64,000 bases of DNA from a candidate division FCPU426 bacterium. Lineage in GTDB: Bacteria > Oederibacteriota > Muellerivitia > Muellerivitales > Muellerivitaceae. Below the pieces are notes generated by a model that saw only the letters and a program-made list of their open reading frames with translations, was not told the DNA's origin and did no database searches. The translations under genes and the position numbers were made by a program. The stretch spans positions 896,001 to 960,000 of the forward strand of contig CAVRAL010000004.1 of the NCBI GenBank assembly GCA_963719085.1. Reading direction: 5' to 3'. This document shows positions 40,632 to 48,800 of the stretch, piece by piece (positions within the stretch are counted from its first letter, which is position 1; every line of letters begins with the position of its first letter).

Positions 40632-40667
40632 AAATTGAATCACTGGGCCCCGACAAAAAGTCGTCCG

Positions 40668-40724
40668 GCGAAAGAAGTAAAGTGTTCGGAGTTGGCTGTG
40701 ACGATGATCTCAAATTTCGCTTAA
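40668..40724 (+). pseudogene. Duplicate, recoded icd 3' end (icdC-like att remnant)
   Basis: Encodes [18 protein letters not shown] versus icd [18 protein letters not shown] (40575-40631). Confidence 0.8.
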
Positions 40725-40777
40725 ATTGAGAATTGCAGGGCTTCGCGGCGGTTTTATTATATTTTTACGGAATTTTT

Positions 40778-40802
40778 GGAATAAATGGGGCGAGCTGACG
40801 AC
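40778..40802 (+). promoter_or_regulatory. Putative ECF sigma promoter, copy 1
   Basis: GGAATAAA-N13-CGAC. Confidence 0.65.
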
Positions 40803-40807
40803 TAGAT

Positions 40808-40930
40808 AATAGCGAGACCTCTTCGTTATGCCGCTGGAGGTCGTGCCTTATCAAGCAACACCGCCCTATGCTGAAAAAATTATATCTGAGCCACCCGGAT
40901 GGACCGGTGTTTCCGTCCGGTTTTTATTTT
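40808..40930 (+). ncRNA. Putative ECF-driven small RNA or attenuated leader 1
   Basis: GACCTC/GAGGTC hairpin, then terminator CCGGATGGA/TCCGTCCGG + TTTTTATTTT (40895-40930). 5' end inferred. Confidence 0.45.
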
Positions 40931-41168
40931 GGCCGCTCTCCTTGCCAAGGGGCCCGAGTGGGTCCTGAAACGCCTTCCTTCATCATCCAGTTTTAAACGT
41001 TATACCTGCCCCAAAATCCATGGAACCGGTCGATTTTCCGGCCCCTTCAAACCGCCAGCGGCTGATGAAGAATTTTTGAAAAAAGTTGGCATAGGGATTG
41101 TCCCATCCTTTATGCTTCTGGCTTATTTCGATCATTATCAGCCGGATCAAGCGACTGGGATTTAAAAC

Positions 41169-42386
41169 TTGTTCAAACTTTATCGCGGTTACCTTCTATT
41201 TATCCTTTTCCTCTTTCCGCTATTGGCGCCCGATCGCGCGCTCTGGGCCCAAACCCCCACCCCGACTTCCACCCCGGATTGTTGTCAAACCGCTTGGTCC
41301 TACCCTAATGGAAATTCAACCTATAGCTCGGATACCGTCGGGTTGGCTTATGACCCGGCCAACCAGACGCTTTACGTGGGAGGCGACACGTCCATTCAAG
41401 CTGTGAACCCGGCCAACGGGGCGCCGATCTCCACACTGCCGGGGACCTATGGACACATCACGATGATGAGTTTCGGCCATGACGGCTATATTTACGCGTC
41501 GGATTACAACAACCAGGTGATCGATAAGGTTGATCCTGTCTCCGGACTGGTGGCGAAAAGCTATTCCTTCCCGGCCTCCGAAAGGACCCGGGCGGTTTAC
41601 GCGGATGACGAAAGCGTCAATGAGGATATTTATGTGGGAGGTGACACCGGAACCCTCTATGAAATCGATCAAGCGGCCGCCACGGTGAAGACCTTAAGTT
41701 TGAGCGGGACATTACCGAATGCCGTGGGAGGCGTCCTGTTTCAGGACGGATCCCCGGCTACCCTTTATGTCGCGGACACGAACGGTGACCGTATCCTGCA
41801 ATATTTGAAGACGGGAAGCACGAGTTACGCGTACAACGCGACGGAAACAGCCGGCGGTTTTATTTTTCCACATCAATTGCTCCAGGGCCCCGGGGGGGAT
41901 ATTTACCTGGTCGGTACGGGACAATATCTGCAGTACGACGCGAATTTTAATTTCTTAAGAAACTGTTTGACGTCGACCTGGGTGGGAGATCCACAGGGAA
42001 TGGCGGTGGATCCGCAGGGCGGCGCCTATATCGGGTCTGAATTGGATGGCGGAGCCCTGCTCAAAATGAACGGTTGCGCGGACGGCCCGGCGGCCCCCGT
42101 GTCCATCCCCTCGGGAACTTGTTATGTGTATCCTTCGCCGGTCCGTAACGGCCACGCGACCCTCGCCTACGACATGGGCGGATCGGGAAAAATGGAAATG
42201 GTGATTTGGAATCAAAACCGGGAAAAGGTCGCCGATGTCACCGACCATAAACCGGCGGGTTCCCAAACGACCGCTTTCAGCCTTTCGGGATTTTCCCCCG
42301 GCGTTTATCTTTACCTAGTGACCCTCAGTTATGATTCCGGATCTTCTGTAAAATTAAAGCCCGGCAGATTCGCGGTCATCCCATGA
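41169..42386 (+). CDS. Secreted NHL/beta-propeller protein with C-terminal sorting-like Ig domain
   Basis: Signal peptide, TPTPT linker, LYVADTNGDRI repeats; C-terminal VYPSPVRNG...PGVYLY. Confidence 0.8.
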   Translation: MFKLYRGYLLFILFLFPLLAPDRALWAQTPTPTSTPDCCQTAWSYPNGNSTYSSDTVGLAYDPANQTLYVGGDTSIQAVNPANGAPISTLPGTYGHITMMSFGHDGYIYASDYNNQVIDKVDPVSGLVAKSYSFPASERTRAVYADDESVNEDIYVGGDTGTLYEIDQAAATVKTLSLSGTLPNAVGGVLFQDGSPATLYVADTNGDRILQYLKTGSTSYAYNATETAGGFIFPHQLLQGPGGDIYLVGTGQYLQYDANFNFLRNCLTSTWVGDPQGMAVDPQGGAYIGSELDGGALLKMNGCADGPAAPVSIPSGTCYVYPSPVRNGHATLAYDMGGSGKMEMVIWNQNREKVADVTDHKPAGSQTTAFSLSGFSPGVYLYLVTLSYDSGSSVKLKPGRFAVIP

Positions 42387-42396
42387 GGCGCCCAGG

Positions 42397-43875
42397 GTGA
42401 AAAGGTTCCTTCGGATTTGGATCGGGGCCCTGTTGTTGGTTTTTCTTTTTACCACCGGGGGGCGGGCGGGCGAGGTGGTGTCCCCGCCGGCGGGGCAATA
42501 TCTTCCCTCGGAAGATACAGGCCTGCCCGCCCGGACGGTCATTTTGGGGGCCGCCTTCGCGGGCGTAGCGGATGACGCTTCCGCCCTTTTCTTAAATCCG
42601 GCAGGTTTGGGAGAACTCAATTTTTCCCAGATCAGCGTCACCAGCGATTTCGGCGACTTAGAGGCTTTCCGGGAAACCGGACTTTTAGGATGGCGGCTGG
42701 CGCCGGGTCTGGGAATGGGTTTGTCCGGGGCCTACTTGGGGTTTGGGAGCTTGGAGGGCCGGGACGAATTTGGAAATCCTACCGGCGGGTACGGGGCCGA
42801 CCAAATTTCCGGTCAAGTCGGTTTGGGGGCCGAGATCTTGGAAGGGATCGCGGTGGGGGGCAGCTTTCAGTTTTCCCAAGAATCCCTCGACGGAACGGCT
42901 TACCAGGATTTTCGGCCTGACTTGGGGCTCTTGGTCGGTTTTGGAAAACAATGGAAATTGGGTTTGGATTACGGTTTCGCGGGCGGGGGATCTTGGCCGG
43001 GAACCTATGTTTCCGCCCTCACGGCCGGGTTGTCGTGGGAGGGGTTTCTCAATCCGGACGCCCGGATTTTGGCCGCGATCGGCGGTCTTTTCCAATCCGA
43101 CCAAACGGACCTTCTGCAGGGCGGGTTGGAATTCGCTTACGAATCGAGCTTTTTTGTCCGGGGAGGATATGCGGTCAATCCTCAGCCGGACGGGCAGCGG
43201 GTGCTTTCCCTTGGAGCCGGATTTGTAGTGGCCGGATTGACTTTGGATTACGCTTACTTACCTTATGGGGATAATTTCGGGGATACCCACCGGTTCAGCT
43301 TGGCCATTCCTTTGGACAGCGGGGAAGTTTCCCCCTCGACGGCGCAGGGTTCCGTTCCGGCGGCAACTTTAATGGAGGAATCGGCCCACGATTTATCCGC
43401 TCCGGCTCCGAGCCCGGCGTTGGCTTCGGATTCTTCTTCGTCCCATCCCGAACTTCAAAGCGGTTCTTATTCTTCGGCCGGGAACGAGGAAAAACTCCAG
43501 GCGCCCCCGGCTCCATCCGCGGCCGGGAGCGTGGAAAAGGTTCCACCTCCCATGAGCCCGCCCGCCGCCGTGGGCTCCCCAACGCCTTCCTCGAGCCTGG
43601 TGGTGGAGTTCAGCATTCCCGCGGACTTTGGGGCTCAGGCCGATTTAATGGCGTCTCAAGGCCATTGGGCCCAAGCGGTAGAGCTTTATTTGCAGGCCCT
43701 GGCGCAACAACCGCAAAATGTGCATCTGTGGTGGGCTTTAGGCGAGGCTTACGGAAAACTCGGGCGCGAGGATTACGCCGTGCGTTGTTATAAGAAGGTT
43801 CTTGAATTCGACCCGTCTCAAAAAACCTTAAAAGAATGGGTCGACCAGTACGAGCAAAACCATCCAGCCCCCTAA
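42397..43875 (+). CDS. PorV/PorQ (FadL-like) outer-membrane barrel with S/P linker and TPR
   Basis: ARTVILGAAFAGVADDASALFLNPAGL, DYAYLPYGDNFGDTHRFSL; C-terminal TPR (ALGEAYGKLG..AVRCYKKVLEFDP). Confidence 0.8.
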   Translation: MKRFLRIWIGALLLVFLFTTGGRAGEVVSPPAGQYLPSEDTGLPARTVILGAAFAGVADDASALFLNPAGLGELNFSQISVTSDFGDLEAFRETGLLGWRLAPGLGMGLSGAYLGFGSLEGRDEFGNPTGGYGADQISGQVGLGAEILEGIAVGGSFQFSQESLDGTAYQDFRPDLGLLVGFGKQWKLGLDYGFAGGGSWPGTYVSALTAGLSWEGFLNPDARILAAIGGLFQSDQTDLLQGGLEFAYESSFFVRGGYAVNPQPDGQRVLSLGAGFVVAGLTLDYAYLPYGDNFGDTHRFSLAIPLDSGEVSPSTAQGSVPAATLMEESAHDLSAPAPSPALASDSSSSHPELQSGSYSSAGNEEKLQAPPAPSAAGSVEKVPPPMSPPAAVGSPTPSSSLVVEFSIPADFGAQADLMASQGHWAQAVELYLQALAQQPQNVHLWWALGEAYGKLGREDYAVRCYKKVLEFDPSQKTLKEWVDQYEQNHPAP

Positions 43876-43887
43876 AGGGAGTTCGAG

Positions 43888-43912
43888 GGAATAAAACCAC
43901 CGCTTTTTCGTC
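43888..43912 (+). promoter_or_regulatory. Putative ECF sigma promoter, copy 2 (autoregulatory)
   Basis: GGAATAAA-N13-CGTC, 41 nt before the sigma start codon. Confidence 0.75.
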
Positions 43913-43953
43913 TTATGATATTGGGGATATCTTTATAAATAGAGGCGCTTATT

Positions 43954-44526
43954 TTGGAAGATCGTGAATTGGTCCGGCGGCTATTAGAGAAGGATCCGCA
44001 GGCGGAAAGTTATTTCTTTCACGCTTATCGGGACCGGTTGTGCCGCGTTTGTCATTATGTTTTGGGATACCATGACGCCGAGGCCGAGGATGTGACTCAA
44101 GAAGCCTTTATGGCGGCCCTTCGCAAATTACCCGAGTTCGAATTTCGATCCACCCTCTACAACTGGCTTTTTAGGATCTGCATGAATCTTTGCTATGACC
44201 GTATCCGGCGGCGCCAACGCCAGATTGTGCGGGCGGAGGAAGAATTGGAGGCCTTGGCCGGTCCGCCTTCGGTGGACAAGGCCCGGTGGGCCCAGGAAGA
44301 CGCCCATCGGCAAAAGATGCTGGATTTGGTGGAAACCCAAAGGGAAGTCATGGGAGACCCCTGCCGGGATCTTTTAAAACTGAGGGATACGCAAAACCAA
44401 AGCTACGCCGCCATTTCGGAAAAACTCAAGATTCCCATCGGGACCGTCATGTCGCGCCTTTCCCGGTGCAAGGAAGCCCTGAAACAATTAGTGTTGAACG
44501 CGCTGGGGGAGGGTTCCCATGTCTGA
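43954..44526 (+). CDS. ECF RNA polymerase sigma factor
   Basis: AEDVTQEAF, STLYNWLFRI and SYAAISEKLKIPIGTVMSRLSR. Confidence 0.93.
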   Translation: MEDRELVRRLLEKDPQAESYFFHAYRDRLCRVCHYVLGYHDAEAEDVTQEAFMAALRKLPEFEFRSTLYNWLFRICMNLCYDRIRRRQRQIVRAEEELEALAGPPSVDKARWAQEDAHRQKMLDLVETQREVMGDPCRDLLKLRDTQNQSYAAISEKLKIPIGTVMSRLSRCKEALKQLVLNALGEGSHV

Positions 44527-45307
44527 ATTGGTGGAAAAGTATTTTCAAGAAGACCTGAGCGAATCCGAGCAAGACCTATTGGCCCAAAGCCTGTTGGAGT
44601 CTGAAGACGCGGCGTTTCAATTCAGCCGGCTGGCCCGGGAAGCTTATCTGCGCTTTGGCCTGCCCGAGCCCGAGCCGGAGTGGAAGGATCTTCCCCCCGC
44701 TTTCGACGCGGAAAAGGGTGGAGCCTTTTCGATTTTGGGGATTCTATTTTTGGCGCTAGGTTTGGCGGCGGCGGGCGCCGGTGCGGCTTGGCATTTTGGG
44801 CTGTTGCCGGGCTTTTCAAAAACACGCGCTTGTGGCCCAGTCAACGTTTGCGCGCCCCCGGCCTCCGGCAAAGGGTTGGCGACGGCTCCGGGCGATTCTT
44901 TAGGGGCGGGTCTTTCGGCGTCAGGTCGCTATGGCAAAAACAGGGTGAAAAAAGAATTGGAAACGGGTTCTTCCGCCAACCATGCTCCGGCTGCGGCTTC
45001 TTCTGTCGTTTCGGCGGCCCCCGAAGAAGCGATTACCCCGGTAAATTTGGATGTCCACCCCGCCACCCAGTTCCCCAACCTGTCAGTCGTGGTCAATCAG
45101 GCGCAAGCCGAGCCCCTGAAAGTCAGCGTTCTGGACCCGACGGGGGCGGAAGCCCGAGTTCTTTATCAGGGCACCTTGACGCCGGGCCATTGGGTTTTTG
45201 AATGGAACGGTTTGCTGGCGGGGGGCCAAAAGCCCCCGGCGGGTTTTTATCAAATTCAGGTCCAGTCGGGGCTTTTTGCCCAGCAAAAGACGGTTCAAAT
45301 TCAGTAG
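44519..45307 (+). CDS. Membrane anti-sigma factor with C-terminal FlgD-Ig-like domain
   Basis: Overlaps the sigma gene; helical N-terminus, single TM, linker; VSVLDPTGAEARVL...FEWNGLLAGGQKPPAGFYQIQV. Confidence 0.75.
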   Translation: MSELVEKYFQEDLSESEQDLLAQSLLESEDAAFQFSRLAREAYLRFGLPEPEPEWKDLPPAFDAEKGGAFSILGILFLALGLAAAGAGAAWHFGLLPGFSKTRACGPVNVCAPPASGKGLATAPGDSLGAGLSASGRYGKNRVKKELETGSSANHAPAAASSVVSAAPEEAITPVNLDVHPATQFPNLSVVVNQAQAEPLKVSVLDPTGAEARVLYQGTLTPGHWVFEWNGLLAGGQKPPAGFYQIQVQSGLFAQQKTVQIQ

Positions 45308-45370
45308 ATTCGGTAGATTTTTCCTTTCTTTTGGGCGCGAATCCTTCCATAAGATTTTTTATTTTTCCTT

Positions 45371-45395
45371 GGAATAAACCCGGCAAGGCTGCGTC
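45371..45395 (+). promoter_or_regulatory. Putative ECF sigma promoter, copy 3
   Basis: GGAATAAA-N13-CGTC. Confidence 0.72.
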
Positions 45396-45400
45396 CTATG

Positions 45401-45531
45401 GACAAGCTTTCGTTCAACCTTTCGACAGATGTCGAAAGGGTAGGCCGGTTTCCTATGAACCTGAACTTGGGTATGAACCGGAAGGTTTATGAAGGGACTT
45501 GGGTGGCCGTTTGGCCACCCTTTTTTATTTT
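45401..45531 (+). ncRNA. Putative ECF-driven small RNA or attenuated leader 2
   Basis: Perfect CCTTTCGAC/GTCGAAAGG hairpin, CCGGTTTC/GAACCGG stem, terminator GGGTGGCC/GGCCACCC + TTTTTTATTTT. 5' end inferred. Confidence 0.5.
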
Positions 45532-45824
45532 GAGCCGGGGCGCGGCGGGGAGATTTCCGCGTCGTTTCTCATCGCCCGGGTTCTTTAAAACCGTGACGCT
45601 CGCCCCCGGCATAGGGAAGTCGAGGCCGCGTTGGGTGGATCCTCGGAGGATTCATCCAAGTTCGGCCGGGCTTTTTCACCCAACCAAGCTGGTTCAGCCC
45701 CTGCCGCCATTCCTCCGGCCGATGGCCCCGTCCTTTTTTTTAAGGTAAACTATCCGGTATATAACCGAGGGGATGAAGCCCCGTCTCGCTGGCTGCCGGA
45801 CCTATTGGATTTAGGATATCGCTT

Positions 45825-48800
45825 ATGCCCCGTTGGAACCGAATCTCACCGAGAATTCTCTTAGTTCTTGGGCTGCTCCTGCCGATGCCGGGTTTTTCCT
45901 CTCCCGTGCGGGGAGTGACCGGCGATTATTGGGCGGACCTGGTGTTGGGACAGCCTGATTTTTCCAGCCAAGCCATCAATCAAGTCACCAACCGCAGGAT
46001 GTTCAATCCCAGCGGCGTGGTGGTAGACCGATTTTCCACGCCCAACCGGCTCTATGTGTTTGACGGCGGCAACAACCGTGTCCTCGGGTTTAGTGACATC
46101 GCCAACGCGCTTTGTTCGGGATCCAATTCATCAGCCGTGCCGCAAGGCGCCGATATTGTTTTGGGACAGCCCGATTTTTCCCATTCGGCCTGCAACGGCG
46201 ACTCGAATTGGCAAAATTATCCCGTGGTGGCTTCGCCCAACGCGTCCTGTCTTTGCAGTGTGCGGCAAAGCGAAATATCCCCGACCGAAGCCCATTACTA
46301 CGCCAACATGGCGGTAAGCCCTCAAGGCGATCTTTTCGTGCCGGATTATTTCAACAACCGGGTCCTGCGTTATCCCGCGCCCGTCGCCAGCGCGGAAGCG
46401 GCGGATCATGTTTGGGGCCAGAGCGATTTTACCAGCGGGTATCAGGACGCCTTTACTTCTTGCGGGACTCCCAGTTCTTCCAGCCTTTGTTTCACCGCCG
46501 CCAGCGATTGGGGCGCGGGCGTGGGGGTGGATCCCCAGGGAAATCTTTGGGTGGCCGATTCGGGGAACAACCGGGTCCTGCGTTTTCCCAATCCCAACGC
46601 CCCGAGCGCGGGTGTGCCGTCTTCCACGGCGGACTTGGTTTTGGGCCAGGCGGATTTTAATTCCAACCAGGCGGCTTCCGGCCCCTCGGACCTCAATCAC
46701 CTTACGAACCCCTTGGCCGTGCGGGTCGATAGCGCGGGCAATGTTTACGTGGCGGACGAGGCCAGCGGCGGCAACCGCGTGGTGGTGTACCTGGCGCCTA
46801 TCACCTCGGGAAAAGCCATCGGTTATGTGCTCACCCAATATATCCAGGCGCCCCGGGGACTGGAATTTGACCCCGCGGGCGGACTTTGGATCAGCGACGC
46901 GGGCACCAATCAGGCCGTCCTGTTCAACGTGAGTCCGGGAAGCCCCACGAACTTCTCGCCCTTAAAAGTCTTACTGCGAAGCCAACCCTGGACGGGATCC
47001 GGAAGCCCCGCGGCCACCAGCGGCGGGGACGGCGCGAATTTCAATTACCAAGATGGAAATTCGGTCGGTTCTTACACCATGAATCCTCCGGCGGGCGGGT
47101 TGGGCGTGGATTCGACCGGGGACGTTTTTATCACTTCCCGGGATAATGATTTTGACGTTTGGCGGTTTCCCGCTCCCATTCCCGCCATTGGAACGCTTCC
47201 CGCGGGAGAGGCCCATTCGGCGGACTGGGCGGTTTTCAAGGCCGCCCAATATGGCATGGCCAACCAAGTAAGTCCGCTGGGACTTCGGTTTGGAAAAGGC
47301 ATGGCGGTGGCCGCGGGGCAGGTCATTGTTTCGGACTCTTCGCACCTTCGCTATTGGAACATCCCTTCCGGCGTGCAGGCCCTATCTAGCGGCCAGGCCG
47401 CCGATGGGACCGCAGGAGTCCCCGCGGCGGACGTCTCCCTCGGAACCCAGCCCGAAATGGATCGTATCCGCGAGGACCATGCCAGCCCCCAGCACCTTTG
47501 GGTGTTGCGGGGTTACAGCCCCTCGGTCCACCTGGAGCTTTACAACCTGCCCCTCACGCCGGGTGAGCTGCCCGTGACCTACCTGACTTCGCCCCTGCCG
47601 GTTTTGGGCGGAGGCACCATTTCTTTTACCCGGGTGGACGGCTTGACTACCGACCCCACGGATACCAACGGCACCTATCTTTGGTTTTCTGATACGGTCG
47701 GCAACCGGGTGATTCGGGTGCGAAACGCCGAGAATCCCGCTATGGCGGTCGTGGATATTGTTTTGGGCCAAAACGGGTTGTCGGCGACCGGTTGCAACGG
47801 CAATCCCAGCGCCTCCGTTCTTCCGGGCTGTGAGTACTGCGCTCTCTCCTGCGGGGCGGGGGAAATCGCGCCCACGGCCTCCAGTTTCGCTTATCCGGGG
47901 TCCTTACGAATCGATCACCATGGAAACCTTTATGTCAGCGACGGGGCTTTGGAGTGGGCGGGCAACAACCGGCTTTTGCGTTTCAACCAAGCCAACATCC
48001 AAAATAACTCGGCGGGCACCCCGCTGTTCGGGGTTTCGGCTTCGGCGGTTTACGACACGGGCGGCAATTTCACCGCCACCAGCCCCTCCAGTTCCAACGG
48101 GGTGTGGGGCCCTTGGGAAACGGCGTTCAACTCGGACGATTCCATCATGGTGGCGGGCATGAACGAATACACAGGCTCCCGGTTTCCCGTGGTTTATTCC
48201 AACCCGATCGGCTCGGACAATCCGGCGGCCCATTTGAGCGATTACACCACCCACGCTTATTCTTCCACCTTTGATGATCAGGACAATCTTTACATGGCGG
48301 ACTTGAATAAAAGCCGGGTGCTGGTTTACTTCAAGCCTTTTATCGGAGCCTTCCCGACAAGCACCCCGACGGTTTCCCCCACGCCCAATTGCTGTCAAAC
48401 CGCCTGGAGCTACAGCTCGGGCAACGGAACTTTTAGCTCGTCCACCGATGGAGTGGCCTATGACCCGACGGGTTCGGGTACGCTCTATGTGGGAGGCGTC
48501 ACGGCGGTTCAAGCCGTTAATCCCGCCACGGGGGCGATACTGGGAGCTTTACCCAATACCTATTCGTACGTGAATAACATGGCGCGCGGGAAGGACGGGT
48601 TCCTTTACGCGTGTGATTCCAGCCACAACCTCTACAAAATTACCCTGCCGGGCGGGAGCCGCGCCACGCTCGCGAACTTTTCCCCGTATGGTAACGACAC
48701 GCTCTACACCATCGCCGTTGATGATCAAAGTACTGGAGAGGACCTCTACGTGGGGGGCGCCAATGACACGGTCTACCGGGTTACCCAGGGGCCGCCCGTG

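Noticed and set aside
39276..40643. 455-aa antisense ORF over icd, and similar long shadow ORFs such as 23461-24363 and 6029-6790
   Set aside because: Antisense shadows of GC-biased genes with no recognisable motifs.
40787..40850. Hammerhead-like CUGACGA...GAGAC...GUC
   Set aside because: GAGA instead of GAAA, an extra nucleotide, no proper stem I, and it overlaps the ECF promoter box.
45398..45748. 116-aa ORF in the leader region (also 40899-41165)
   Set aside because: No RBS, runs through a terminator hairpin, and has no protein-like features.
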